From: Dendrobates tinctorius
Lineage: Eukaryota
Assembly (NCBI RefSeq): GCF_039654945.1
Contig: NW_027361792.1
Location: 4,278,001-4,342,000 of the forward strand
DNA length: 64,000 nucleotides
Direction: 5' to 3'
Every line of letters begins with the position of its first letter. Positions within the stretch are counted from its first letter, which is position 1. The translations under genes were made by a program, and so were the position numbers. Positions 36,161-50,249 of the stretch are shown here, piece after piece. Below the pieces are notes generated by a model. The model did no database searches. It was not told where the DNA came from and saw only the letters and a list, made by a program, of their open reading frames with translations.

Positions 36161-36309
36161 TTATACAAAGTAATCAAAACCGAGACGTCGTATCAAAGGT
36201 GAAACAAGACTGCCACATAATATACATAATATACAATATGATGGAGGCTGAGAAACTGCAGAATAAAGAAAACTCTGCATAGACTGTAAGGTGCGAGAGA
36301 GAACAAAAG

Positions 36310-36820
36310 ATATAACAGATAGATAATAGATACATAATAGATAGATAATATATAGATAGATGAGAGATAATAGGTAGATAGATAATAGATAGATGATAGA
36401 TAATAGATAGATAGATGATAAATAGATGATAGATAATAGATGATAGATAGATAGATTATAATAGATGAGATAGATAATACATAGATGATAGATACTAGAT
36501 GATAGATCGATGATAGATAATAGCTAGTTAGATCATAGATAAATAATAGTTAGATGATAGATAGATGACAGATAGATAGATAGATAATTATAGATAGATG
36601 ACAGATAGATAATAGATAAATAAGATAGATAATAGATGATAATAGATAGATAGATGATAGATACATAGATACTAGATGATAGATAATAGCTAGTTAGATC
36701 ACAGATAAATAATAGATAATAGATGATAGATAGATAATAGATAGATGACAGATAGATAGATAATAAATAGATAACTATAGATAGATGACAGATAGATAGA
36801 TAGATAATAGTTTGGTAGAT
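36310..36820. repeat. Compound (GATA)n microsatellite
   Basis: Direct inspection. Confidence 0.95.
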
Positions 36821-37753
36821 GTGTGCGGGTCCGGAGTCTCTCTGGAGACTTTTCTAGAAGGAGTCTTCACATTGTCTTTTTGGACTCAGGTCTGTGCTGA
36901 GTGTTTGTGAAGACGTCGCCTCCCTGAGTGGAGTTTTTGGAATTCCACGTTCCGCACATTCCTGTTCTCTACCTGCAGTAACAGACAGATCCCTCTCTGT
37001 ACTGACACTGACAGGTGAAGTCTCGGGAAATGATCTTCTGATGTCTCATAGATCCCTCTGGCAATAATAGGTGACCACCTGTCAGTTTTTCATATAAAAA
37101 GGGGTCTGTCCATACTTGACAAGCTCTACGAAGACTTCCGCCGAATTAGAAAAACATGGCTGCAGCGCCACATCTGTCCACTGGCTGTGTGGGGTATTGC
37201 ACTTCAACTCCATTGAAATGTATGAGGCAGAGTTGCATTACCAGACACAACCTGTGCATAGAGGTGGAGCTGTTTTAGGAGGAAAGCAACTATTTTTTTA
37301 AACCCAATACAACCTCTTTGCTTTAAGAGCACCACTGATTTATACAATAAATGCTTTCTTTAAGGAGCTGAACCCCTTTGGCACCACATAGAGATGGCGG
37401 GAAGGCTGCAGTCACACAGTGACACCCGATCACCAATTTATAGATTTCTACCCATTCACAGGTGACGTTACTTCACGCCAAGTGCGGCCAAAGGCGGCGT
37501 CAATCGCAGAATTATTGCTCGTCCTTCAGGTAAGAGGCAGGAGGAGGTCTTTAAAGTCACTTCACATGAAAGAGGCCTCACCTCGCCGGGCTTAAAGGGA
37601 CGCCGAGGCTAAAATAATGACAGCTTACGTAGTGACACAGTGAATTTCTGCAGGATTTGTGTCTTCCATCCAATGATTTTTTTTACAGACAAGTTGTTAT
37701 GATTGTGCGGAGGCCACGTTATATTCCCATCAGCATTGCGGATTGGGACTTAA

Positions 37754-37994
37754 AGGGATTGTCAAGGTCTCCTCTATAATGGGTGATCCTGGGTACTGCT
37801 GCTCCGCTCCCGTTCACTTCAGTATGGGGTGAGGCCATTGGACAATGAATGATCCAGCGGCGTACACTGCACATCTGGTCATCGCGGGAGCTTCAAACTG
37901 CTATTCTGTAGGAGTGTAGGATGTCAGACCCCCAGTGATCTGATATTGATAACCTAAGGAGGGGTCATCAACATATAAGTCCTGGAAAACCCCT
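37754..37994. mobile_element. T2/Kolobok-type MITE
   Basis: TTAA|AGGGATTGTC ... GAAAACCCCT|TTAA; interior resembles 53393-53582 (GATCTGATATTGAT..CCTAAGGA). Confidence 0.65.
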
Positions 37995-38967
37995 TTAAAT
38001 AAGTTTGTTTCCTCCCATTGTCATTTTGATCCATAAGAAACGTGATCACACAATGAATCATTCGGAATACCTTTAATAAATATTGTTAATACCTGAATAG
38101 TGGGGTCTAATAGTAGAGGGTCCTCTGGAGAGAACGGCTACAAAGGCATTGGTGGGGTCCCATAAAGCCCATTTCACGCACCATGTAATGCTTTATTTCA
38201 CCTGTGGTGACGCTGCAGGAGCGGTGAATACATAATGCCAGGTTTAGAGACAAATTACAGCTGATCGCTAGATGTTCTCACACCCAAAACTCAGTTGAGT
38301 TCTAGAGAGTGTACCGCCCCTTTAAGAACGAAGCCTCAATAAAGCAGCAGAGAGATTGCTCTGCAATATACAAGTGGATGCAGCAAGAATTTCCATCAGA
38401 CGGCGGCCGGGGTGCTGGAGATCATCTATAGAAGTTTACGGGAGCGGGCAGCACTTCCATTCCCCGGTCGCTGCCCTCTGGCTCTTCGCTTTATATCTTG
38501 GTGCTGGATGCACAGAAGTAAAGGGACGATCAGGTCCATTCAGTAACAACGGAGGGGGTCCGCGCTTTGTATGTCGCTCCCGTGTTATTCCCAACCTCCT
38601 ACTCTGTAGGAATCAATTTCTGCGATTGGGATCTCACTGTGGGTGCGAACAATGCAAATCAGGACATCGCCATAAACAAGAGGTTCCGGAAATCAGAAGA
38701 CTTTCAACCAATGTGTATATGCCCCTATACAGCCAGTAAATAGTTAATGGTGCAACAATATGATAATAGGCTAAATGGCAATAGGGCATCACAGGCGGCT
38801 GGCTGCCAGGTTTACAGGTTGGATCGTGCCATAGGGTGTCTATGGCGGCTCCATGGATAAATCACGGGGCCCTTTGTCTACTACACCTTTAGTTTGGAAC
38901 ATGCATGCCCAGATGATGTCTGCACAATGTCAAAATCAGCCTGGTCTTTGAAGAACCAAAAGGCCCC

Positions 38968-39550
38968 TGTTACAGAAAGTGGGCACACTAAGTGAGGTAG
39001 ACCCTCTATGCCCAAGGTCGGGGTGGGCACACGTGCCATGGGTGTCAGTGCAGCAGGCTGGTGATGCACGTGGGAGACAGATAGCAGAGTTACTGGAGGC
39101 AAAATAAAAGTCTTAAAGGGGTCCTGGAAGCCACTAGTGGACAGGAGACGTCCTGGAAGCCACAGGTGGAATGTAGATGCCAATTGACAATCTTAAAGGG
39201 GTCCTGGAAGCCGCTAGCAGGCAGGAGACATCCTGGAAGTCACAGGCAGACACGTAGAGGCAAAGTTTTAAAGGGGTCCTGGAGACCACTGACAGATAGC
39301 AGGGTTATTGGAGGCCACAGACAAACAGGTGAAGTCCTTAAGACCACTGACAGTGCAGTAGGGATACTGGAAGTCACAGACAAGTAAGTCAGGGACTGGA
39401 AACCAAAGGCGACCAGGAGACGTCTGGGAGGAACCGTGCACAGACAAACTAAAAGAGTCTTACTACAATACCAGGACACATGGGAGGCCTTATACAGGCC
39501 TGGAAAATACAACACATGAGAGCACGCCGGGCTACTTGCAAAGCCCAATG
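38968..39550 (-). mobile_element. Solo-LTR-like element of the same family as 33362-33738
   Basis: Reverse-complement similarity at both ends, including the TATA region; its internal repeats also resemble 34850-35280. Confidence 0.5.
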
Positions 39551-40055
39551 TGGAGCAAAAGAAAACTGTAATACCACACACAGCCAATAGCCAGGGGTGG
39601 CGCTGGTTCTGAAAGAAAGCAGCCATGTTTTTTTCATCCTGGACAAAATTGGGACATTTTTGCCTTGGAGTTTTCTGTGCTATTATTTCCTTGTTTCATA
39701 TCAATAGATAAATGAAGAATGTGATTACAAAGTATCACAATGAAATCATATGAGAGGACGGAGGAGCCGGCACAGAGGGCTTCATTATCTGCGCCGACAG
39801 CGGCGTTTCTTACATTCCAGTTCTGCTTCCTCTTTGTAGTTTCGGGTCCGGGCTGGATGACGACTTTAGATGCCTCGTGTCCGTGAACATTTCAGCCCGA
39901 ACTGTATCTGCAAACGCACAAAATGTAAAAACAAAACGTGGCTTCTTCCGTTTAATAAAGAAAAAAAAAGAAAGAAAAACAATATTTTCTATAAGCTGCA
40001 TCTAGGATTACAACTTGCTGATAATAACTGGACGTGTCGATTGATACAATTTTTA

Positions 40056-40188
40056 GGCCGCGTTCCCATGATGAGTTATTGGTTTCGAAAAAAACGCAAG
40101 TAATCGATTTTTCTTAATAGGTGCTGGAATGGCGCAGAAAATCTGCAACATCAAAAACTCACCAAAAGCTCATCGTGGGAACACAGCC
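40056..40188. mobile_element. 133-bp PIF/Harbinger-type MITE
   Basis: 20-bp TIR GGCCGCGTTCCCATGATGAG / CTCATCGTGGGAACACAGCC; TTA TSD. Confidence 0.85.
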
Positions 40189-40401
40189 TTAAAAGCTGTG
40201 ACCAGACACATCTTCAGCCGTTTTCTGCTACGACTGCGCTCCAAACTGTACAACAGAAGTTGGTGGGAAAGCTACAACAACGCCATGAAAACTTCCGGGG
40301 CATCTTTCTGAGAGTTTTCTAAGCCTAATGAATTTCAAAAACCGTGAAAAAAAATCACTCACAAAAAAAAACACGTAAAAAAAGTTTAAAAACATTAATA
40401 A

Positions 40402-40841
40402 GGCTGGTTTCACACTTGTGTTTTTTAGCGCTGCGCATCGTGCGTGTATTTGCGCATGCGTCCCTATGTTTAACATGGGTGCGCATGGTCTAGCGTTTGT
40501 AAGCGTTTTCGTGTGCATGCGTTTTTTTGCAGTGTGCGCCCATGCGCGCCGGACGCACCCTGTTGCATTTTTTGTGCTCCCAACCTGCCTCAAAAAAACG
40601 CAAGCGCACGGAATGCGCAAAAAAAAAAAATCATATTACAGTCTATGGGATCGCTGGCGTACGTATGGACATGCGCACGTCAGCGTTTAAAAGCACATGC
40701 GTTTTAACAGTTCACATGGCTACAAACTGGTTAAAACGCATGCGCATAAAATAAGCAAACGCATGAAAAACGCTTAATGCATTTTTTGTATGCGTTTGGA
40801 CTGCGCACGCAGCGCAAGAATACGCAAGTGTGAAAGTAGCC
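40402..40841. mobile_element. PIF/Harbinger-type MITE, relative of 14724-16000 without the telomeric array
   Basis: TIR GGCTGGTTTCACACTTG / CAAGTGTGAAAGTAGCC; TAA TSD; interior aligns with the reverse complement of 15670-16000. Confidence 0.88.
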
Positions 40842-41098
40842 TAAAACTTTTATAAAAACACTTAAGCAGCACGTATAGGAAGCATTTCTACTGGAAGAAC
40901 TTATTTTTTTTAGCGTCTCAACACTCGGCGCTCCTCCCAACACGATCAGCTGCTAGTATGGGGCAACCCTCGAGGCTGTTGATTCCCCCCGACCTCCTTC
41001 CACAAAACCGTATTAGATTGTGAGCCCATGTGGGTCCTCTCCCCTCTGTCCATCGCTTATTGCACTTGTATTTTATAGATTGTAGCAAGGCCAGGTAA

Positions 41099-41668
41099 GG
41101 CCTCTTTCACACATCCGGTGTCTAGTGTCCGGCGGCGTGCGGTGAAAAGCCGTACTGCTGGATCCGGGTTGCAACGCTGACACCAGAGGTACATGCGTTG
41201 CCTGATACGGCTTTGACCAGATTTAAAGGAGCCAGCCGTAGAAAGGTATGAGAGAGAGATTTGCCGGGCACTAGTGGGGTTACAACTCACAGTGTCCGGG
41301 CATGCGCTCTTTAAAAAGCCATTCCGGCCGCAGGATGCGTTTTTTCTCCATAGACTTGCATTAGCGACGCATTGCGACGTATGGCCACACGTCGCATCCA
41401 TCGAGCGACGGATGCGTCGTGTTTTGGCGGCCGCGACACACACAAAAACGTTACATGTAATGTTTTTTGTGCATTGTGTCCGCCATTTTCGACCATGCAT
41501 GCGTGGCAGAAACTCCGCCCCCTCCTCCCTGGACATTACAATGGGGCAGCGGATGCGTTGAAAAACTGCATCCGCTGCCCCCGTTGTGCAAATCTTTCAC
41601 AACGTGCGTCGGTACGTCGGCCCGACGCATTGCGACAGGCCCGTACCGACGCAAGTGTGAAAGTAGCC
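41099..41668. mobile_element. PIF/Harbinger-type MITE
   Basis: TIR GGCCTCTTTCACAC / GTGTGAAAGTAGCC; TAA TSD (41096-98, 41669-71); internal palindromes. Confidence 0.85.
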
Positions 41669-41834
41669 TAAGCTGGTGAGAGACCAGCCAAGATGTGAGC
41701 TGTATCTGGGAGAGAGACACCTGAGGCTCTATCTGTGAATGGAGTGACTGGGGAGTCAACTGAGGAGCTGAGCAGACTTTGGTCCTAGAAAGAAAAAAGA
41801 CTTAATAGTGGACAGTCTAATAGATGCATAACTG

Positions 41835-44212
41835 CTGGAGTATTAGATGCATACCTGCCGGAGTATTGGACGCACACCTGCCGGAGTATTGGATGTATAC
41901 CTGTCAGAGTATTGGATGCATACCTGTCGGAGTATTGGACGCATACCTGCCGGAGTATCGGACGTATACCTGCTGGAGTACTGGACGTACACCTGCCGGT
42001 GTATTGGACGTATACCTGCCGGTGTATTGGACGTATACCTGCAGGAGTATTGAACTTATACCTGCCGGAGTATTGGACTATACCTGTCAGAGTATTGGAT
42101 GCATACCTGTCGGAGTATTGGATGTATACCTGTCAGAGTATTGGATGCATACCTGTCGGAGTATTGGACGTATACCTGCCGGAGTATCGGACGTATACCT
42201 GCTGGAGTATTGGACGTACACCTGCCGGTGTATTGGACGTATACCTGCCGGTGTATTGGACGTATACCTGCAGGAGTATTGAACTTATACCTGCCGGAGT
42301 ATTGGACTATACCTGTCAGAGTATTGGATGCATACCTGTCGGAGTATTGGACGTATACCTGTCGGAGTATTGGACGTATACCTGCCAGAGTATTGAACTT
42401 ATACCTGCCAGAGTATTGGATGTATATCTGTCGGCGTATTGGACGTATACCTGTCGGAGTATTGGATGTATACCTGTCGGAGTATTGGACGTATACCTGC
42501 CGGAGTATTGAACTTATACCTGCCGGAGTATTGGATGTATACCTGCCGGAGTATTGGACGTATACCTGTCGGATTATTGGACTTTTACCTGCCGGAGTAT
42601 TGGATGTATACATGACAGAGAATTGGACGTATACCTGTCGGAGTATTGGACGTATACCTGTCGGAGTATTGGACGTATACCTGTCGGAGTATTGGACGTA
42701 TATCTGTCGGAGTATTGGACGTATACCTGCCGGAGTATTGGACGTATACCTGTCGGAGTACTGGACGTATACCTGTCGGCGTATTGGACGTATACCTGCC
42801 GGAGTATTGGACGTACACCTGCTGGAGTATTGGACGTACACCTGTCGGAGTATTGGACGTATACCTGTCGGAGTATTGGACGTACACCTGTCGGAGTATT
42901 GGACGTATACCTGTCGGATTATTGGATGTATACCTGCCGGAGTATTGGACGTATACTTGTCGGAGTATTGGACGTATACATGTGGGAGTATTGGACGTAC
43001 ACCTCTCGGAGTATTGGATGTATACCTGCCGGAGTATTGGACGTATACCTGTCGGATTATTGGACTTTTACCTGCCGGAGTATTGGATGTATACATGACA
43101 GAGAATTGGACGTATACCTGTCGGAGTATTGGACGTATACCTGTCGGAGTATTGGACGTATATCTGTCGGAGTATTGGACGTATACCTGCCGGAGTATTG
43201 GACGTATACCTGTCGGAGTACTGGACGTATACCTGTCGGCGTATTGGACGTATACCTGTCGGAGTATTGGACGTACACCTGTCGGAGTATTGGACGTACA
43301 CCTGTCGGAGTATTGGACGTATACATGTGGGAGTATTGGACGTATACCTGCCGGAGTATTGGACGTACACCTGTCGGAGTATTGGACATATACCTGTCGG
43401 AGTATTGGACGTATACATGTGGGAGTATTGGACGTACACCTGTCGGAGTATTGGACATATACCTGTCGGAGTATTGAACTTATACCTGTCGGAGTATTGG
43501 ACGTATACCTGTCAGAGTATTGGACGTATACCTGTCAGAGTATTGGACGTATACCTGTCGGAGTATTGGACGTATACCTGCCGGAATATTGAACTTATAC
43601 CTGCCGGAGTATTGGATGCACACCTGCCGGAGTATTGGACGTATACATGACAGAGTATTGGACGTATACCTGCCGGAGTATTGGACGTATACATGACAGA
43701 GTATTGGACGTATACCTGTCGGAGTATTGGACGTACACCTGTCGGAGTATTGGACATATACCTGTCGGAGTATTGGACGTATACCTGTCGGAGTATCGGA
43801 CGTATACCTGTCGGAGTATTGGACGTATACCTGCCGGAATATTGAACTTATACCTGCCGGAGTATTGGACGTATACATGACAGAGTATTGGACGTATACC
43901 TGCCAGAGTATTGGACGTACACCTGTCGGAGTATTGGACATATACCTGTCGGAGTATTGGACGTATACCTGCAGGAGTATTGGACGTATACCTGTCGGAG
44001 TATTGAACTTATACCTGTCGGAGTATTGGACTATACCTGTCAGAGTATTGGACGTATACCTGTCGGAGTATCGGACGTATACCTGTCGGAGTATTGGACG
44101 TATACCTGCCGGAATATTGAACTTATACCTGCCGGAGTATTGGATGCACACCTGCCGGAGTATTGGACGTATACATGACAGAGTATTGGACGTATACCTG
44201 CCGGAGTATTGA
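41835..44212. repeat. 23-bp satellite (CGGAGTATTGGACGTATACCTGT), ~100 copies, with higher-order structure
   Basis: Tandem units; variant blocks recur at 229-bp and 483-bp periods. Confidence 0.97.
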
Positions 44213-45717
44213 CCTGCCGTGTGTACTGCACCTTCCTGCTGTCTTCACCTTGTGTCGGCTGTTTTTGTCCCTGCGGGGTTTATGCAGATAGTAATTTGCC
44301 TTTTTGGACTACGATCGTTGCCTGTGTGAACGCTGCCTAACGCCTTCCTGAGCGACTCCTTACATGTGTCCCATGTATGTGATCGCTCGTCACATGTGCG
44401 GTACCTGGGAAGTAACGGAGCTAAAAAAATGAACAATATTAAGGGAAAACGACTGATTCCAACATAAAATCCAATTATTCTTTTGGAATAAAAGTGTCTG
44501 CGACCAACGCAACGTGTGAACACGAGCTGAAACCTCAGAAAATTGTTTGTAACTTGAGTTTTTTTGTTCTCCAAGGATAATATCAGGGCTGCGATCAGGA
44601 TTCGTCCTGGGTGTTTTCCTGGCAGAATCTGGGGACTTTCCTGTTCCTGCAGAGCCGGCGACAATCAGAGCACGTTTGCCGGGTGTGAATTGTCTCCAGC
44701 TGGGTTCTTTAGTGATAATTAATGTGTCGTCATTATGTGACAAGTCGTCTAATTTGATTGCTCAGATGAGTCACAAAGAAAAGCTTTACCTAATAAAACC
44801 GTGACTCTCGTCTCCCAGGATGATCAGCCCCGTAGAACTGAACGGGGCCCGGTCCTATATGTAAGAGAGCGTCTACGGATCCACTGCTGAATACATGTGA
44901 AGCATAAGCAGGGGACAGATGGAGGGGCCACGCACCAGGACCTGACTACACAGTTTGTTTGTAGTCTGTTACCATGGAGACATAGATGTGTGCATAGGGG
45001 CTGTATACACAAAAGCCAATCTGAGCCTCTATGTGGAGGGGTCGGGGTAGATCCGGGTCCTCTGGCACTTACTATCTACCATTTAACGCCAAACTTTCAA
45101 AACCTAAAATTATTTTGCCTATGAGCTAAACGGAGTAAAAAAAAAAACAAAAAAAAAACTTTTCAGTTTTTGGTTGCTGCACCTCCCCCAAAGAATGCAA
45201 TAAAAAATTGGATGAAAACTTTGTATCTACCCCAAATCTTACCAACGAGACTACAGTTTTGCATAAAAAAAGAAGAAAAAAAGAAGACAGCGGGCTCCAT
45301 CAACAGAATAATATAAGTTATGGATCTCAGAAAATGGCAGCAAAAAACAATATTTGTTACCACTTTCTACAAGTTTGGTCTCATTGTACTGGAGATTTTT
45401 GTTTCCAGGTGATTTTTGCCCTAAGATTAAGGTCATTAAAACAAATCCCCCCCAAAAAACGTTGGTATCGTATCAGTGTTTTACTATTTCACTGCACTTG
45501 GGATTTGTTTCTCCATTTTTCAGTACATTACATGGTAAAGGGAGGCATTCAAAACTACAAAAGAGTCCTAACCGGCCGTGACCAAGGGGAAATAATACAG
45601 TCATGGCTCTTGGAAGAAGGGTGGAAAATTGGCCACTATGGGAAGGGGTTAATATAATATGATTGAAATAGACTCGATTTAACGCTCCCCTACTCAATGT
45701 ACACAGCTAATAAGGCA

Positions 45718-46867
45718 GCATTCTATAGGGGGCGCTCTCTGTAGTATTCTATGTAAAGTGCGCTCTCTGTAGCATTCTATAGGGGGCGCTCTCTGTACCA
45801 CTCTATAGGGGGCGCTCTTTGTAGCACTCTATAGGGGTGCTCTCTGTAGCACTCTATAGGGGGTGCTCTTTGTAGTACTCTATAGGGGTGCTCTCTGTAG
45901 TACTCTATAGGGGGCGCTCTCTGTACCACTCTATAGGGGGCGCTCTCTGTAGTACTCTATAGGGGGCGCTCTCTGTACCACTCTATAGGGGGCGCTCTCT
46001 GTAGCACTCTATAGGGGGCGCTCTCTGTAGTACTCTATAGGGGGCGCTCTCTGTACCACTCTATAGGGGGCGCTCTCTGTAGCGCTCTATAGGGGGCGCT
46101 CTCTGTAGCGCTCTATAGGGGGCGCTCTGTAGTATTCTATGTAAAGTGCGCTCTCTGTAGCACTCTATAGGGGGTGCTCTCTGTAGCACTCTATAGGGGG
46201 CGCTCTCTGTAGCACTCTATAGGGGGCGCTCTCTGTAGCACTCTATAGGGGGCGCTCTCTGTAGTATTCTATGTAAAGGGCGCTCTCTGTAGCACTCTAT
46301 AGGGGGCGCTCTGTAGTATTCTATGTAAAGTGCGCTCTCTGTAGCACTCTATAGGGGGTGCTCTCTGTAGCACTCTATAGGGGGCGCTCTCTGTAGCACT
46401 CTATAGGGGGCGCTCTCTGTAGTATTCTATGTAAAGGGCGCTCTCTGTAGCACTCTATAGGGGGTGCGCTCTGTAGCACTCTATAGGGGGCGCTCTCTGT
46501 AGTATTCTATGTAAAGGGCGCTCTCTGTAGCACTCTATAGGGGGCGCTCTCTGTAGTATTCTATGTAAAGGGCGCTCTCTGTAGCACTCTATAGGGGGCG
46601 CTCTCTGTAGTATTCTATGTAAAGGGCGCTCTCTGTAGCACTCTATAGGGGGCGCTCTCTGTAGCACTCTATAGGGGGCGCTCTCTGTAGCACTCTATAG
46701 GGGGCGCTCTCTGTAGCACTCTATAGGGGGCGCTCTCTGTAGCACTCTATAGGGGGCACTCTCTGTAGCACTCTATAGGGGGTGCGCTCTGTAGCACTCT
46801 ATAGGGGGCGCTCGCTGTAGTATTCTATGTAAAGGGCGCTCTCTTTGGCACTCTATAGGGGGCGCTC
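45718..46867. repeat. 26-bp minisatellite (CTCTATAGGGGGCGCTCTCTGTAGCA), ~43 copies
   Basis: Tandem units with an interspersed TTCTATGTAAAGGGCGC variant. Confidence 0.97.
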
Positions 46868-47472
46868 CGCAGACAGATCTTCCCCCCGGCGGGGTGATGG
46901 TGATCTACAATATTGATAGCATTGTGCACGGTGGACGACCCCTTTCCAGCGCTGATAATTAGGACGGTGCCTGTTCCGGATGTGAATACAATGGACGGAG
47001 TGATAACACGATCCTAGAACAATCAGTGAGAATCAGTTCTAGGGCTAATTAGTAAATAAGCAGAAATTTCAATGAACAAGTACAAACCGCTGACTACAAA
47101 AACAGAGCGTACTTAAGACTGCAGGGGGCGCCGGCCCGGGAACCAGATGTTACCAGCATCCTCCTCCTCATCGGCTGGCCAGATTACCCAGGCTCTGGAC
47201 GCTGCATGGGAAAGAATGGGGGGTCGTCTTCTAGGGTTCTGTTCACATCACGGTTTGACCAGTTGCAGAGGTGATTCTAGACTACACTGGATCTAGAACA
47301 TGATGCTGGATACACTGTTGTATCAGTACTAGATTACACTGGATCTATCATCTACACTTCTAGATCACACTGGATCATTATCAAATAAGTTCTAGACTAC
47401 ACCAGATCCAGGATACATAAATTCTAGATTACACTGAATCCATAACATGTGACTTGTAGGCGACACTGTATC

Positions 47473-48734
47473 TGTCACGTGAGCAGGTGGCCCACGTGGC
47501 TTGCGGACCCACTGTGCCATGAGGCCGGGCCGACCCAGGAGGGGCGCAGCTAAGCGACTACCAGGTGTTCCTGGATCTCCTGATGGCTTGAGCTGCAGGT
47601 AGTCACTCCTGGTCAGTCCCCGGTACTGCAGCAGCTGACCCCAAGGGTCACGCAGACACGGACTCAGGCTCCGTTCAGACTACGCAGATTCTGGGTTCTC
47701 AGGCAGAGAGATACTGACATGGAGTCACAGACAGGACTGAATTTGGAAACTTTTTTGTTTTAGCAGTGCGGATATATGGACTACACCCTCATGCACTGGT
47801 CACACATGGATCAGGGGACAAGGTTCAGTCACTGGCCACACATGGACCAGGGGACAAGGTTCAGGCATGGCCACACATGGACCTGGGGACAAGGTTCAGG
47901 CACTGGCCATACACTGATCAGGGGACAGGTTTCAGGCACTGGCCACTCATGGACCAGGGGACAAGGCTCAGCCACTGGCCATACACGGAGCAGAGGACAA
48001 GGTTCAGGCACTGGCTATACATGGACTGGGGGACAAGGTTCAGGCACTGGCTATACATGAACCAGGGGACAAGGTTCAGGCACTGGCTATACATGAACCA
48101 GGGGACAAGATTCAGGCACTGGCCATATGAACCAGGCGACAAGGTTCAGGCACTGGCCATATGAACCAGGCGACAAGGTTCAGGCACTGGCTACACATGG
48201 ACCAGGGGACAACGTTAAGGCGCTGGCTATACATGGACCAGAGGACAAGGTTTAGGCAATGGCTATACATGGACCAGGGGACAACGCTCAGGCACTGGCT
48301 ATACATGGACCAGGGGACAACGCTCAGGCACTGGCTATACATGGACCAGGGGACAAGGTTCACAAGGACCAGGGCGCAAGGTTCATGGAACTGGCTATAC
48401 ATGGATCAGGGGACAAGGTTCAGGCACTGGATATACATAGACCAGGGGACCTAACAACTCACTAGTAGCACACCCCACTAAAGACTCAATGTTGATTAGG
48501 TGCCTCCCTAATGCAGAGGGTGCCTTTTATACAAGATGCCCCCAACTGTTAGATGGGGGCTTTAAGCAGGTGCGTGCGCTACTGCGCTGCCCCTTTAAGA
48601 GGAGGGGAGAGCGCCGCCAGTACACAGGCATTGGAAGCAGGGAGAATGCCGGGAAACACGTTGCACGTTATGCCGGCATCCCTGCATGGTCGGGGAAGGG
48701 AAGCCATGCAGAGACGTCGGCATAGGTGTTAAAA
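47473..48734 (-). mobile_element. Solo LTR with internal 36-bp minisatellite (47800-48450)
   Basis: TGTCAC start; 5-bp TSD GTATC (47468-72, 48735-39); right CA terminus degenerate; architecture like 17938-25334. Confidence 0.65.
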
Positions 48735-48882
48735 GTATCTACAATAGATCAGTTTTACACGATTGCAGATTCATTACACGTCAGTTCTGGATTTCAATGG
48801 ATTTATTATTAATCCAGATGTAGATTACACTAGATTTATCAGCTGCTAGTTCTGGATTACTCTAGATTTACTAGTCAACGGT

Positions 48883-49150
48883 TATTATTATGCTTTGCTT
48901 ATACAGCGCATTTAGTTCTCAAGAACTTTACAGATGTTATCATCTCTGTCCCCATCGGGCCTCACAATCTAGATTCCCTATCAGTCTGTGGAGTGTGGGA
49001 GGAAACTGGAGAACCAACAGGAAACCCACACAAACCCGGGGAGAACATACAAACTCCTTGCAGATGTCTTTGGTGAGATTTGAACCCAGGACACCAGTGC
49101 TAACCACTGAGCCACCGTACAGTGCTAACCACTGAGCCATCGTGCTGCCC
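48883..49150 (-). mobile_element. tRNA-derived V-SINE-like element with L2-type tail
   Basis: Minus strand: A box TGGCTCAGTGG (duplicated), B box GGTTCAAATC, V-domain-like GGAGTTTGTATGTTCTCCCC..GTGGGTTTCC..TTTCCTCCCACA, AATAAT tail. Confidence 0.85.
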
Positions 49151-50249
49151 ACTCAATCTATTACTTGATTTCTGGTTTGCTCTGCATTTATTAGTCGTTG
49201 GTTCTGGATTACTCCGGATCTGTCAGCTCTAATATCGCACACCAGGATGGATTAATGCTCGCAAAGTCATCATTGAAAATCCCGGCCTTGCTGCGGATTC
49301 GGCGGTGACCTTACCCAATCACTTACCATTTGCTGCCGTTTATGCATAGCATAGTAGGCGTAGCGCCACAGGCGTAAAGTGAGCGTTTCAATGCAATCCT
49401 ATGGCGGCGGAATCGCCGCGATTCTGCAAAATTAAAGGACATGCTGCGGATTTTACCGCTATGCGATTCCGCAGCATGGGCACAGCAACTCCCGAATCCC
49501 GTAGGATGCGTTATTAGCGTTTTTTAAGTGTTTCTACTGCGGCAAAAACGCGGCGGCAACGCTTAAAAAATGCAACGTGGGCACTCAGCCTAAAGGCGCT
49601 ACCTCCGATCGTCATTATGTACAAAAACACATAACTGTCAGATTACGCCGCCGTATTGCTCACATGTAAACAGGTTCTTCACCAGTCCGTGTGCGGCATC
49701 TCCGCTGTCATGGCATCCTCCACTCTGCCGTGAACGCACTCCAGAGCCCGTCCGGCCATAGCACTACTGCGCATGTCCTGGCGTCCTGAATTCATTGGTC
49801 AATGAGCTCTTCACAGAATCTGCGCACACTCCAATAGCTTCATACGATTGGTCCTTAGGAAGCTGTCATCACACGGGCAGTGCGCATGCGCCGGCATCCA
49901 TATACTCCGTCCCAATGGCAGAATGGACGCTGTCTTTTCTGTTTTTTGACATGGATCTCTCCGGGATGGACTCCCTGGATTTGACGGGCGTCTCAATGTT
50001 TGTCCATAAGGACTCTGGCTATTGGTGAGCTGCGGTTTAACTACACGGTTTTGATTTAGTAACTGGATGCTGTCATCGGAATCCAAAACCATGAACCAGA
50101 GACGCCCCGAGACCAGAAGCCAAGTCACATCATGGGACAGGTCACATCCAGAACAGAAAAAATTATTATCTGCCGCTCGGCCATCAGACACAATCGGAAA
50201 TGTCCCAACTCTACAGAAAGAGACGGGCAATCCAGAACCGACAGTAGAC

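Noticed and set aside
41824-44231. Long ORFs (up to 497 aa) and a superficially CRISPR-like periodicity
   Set aside because: Pure 23-bp tandem repeat with no unique spacers or cas genes; the ORFs arise because the unit lacks stops.
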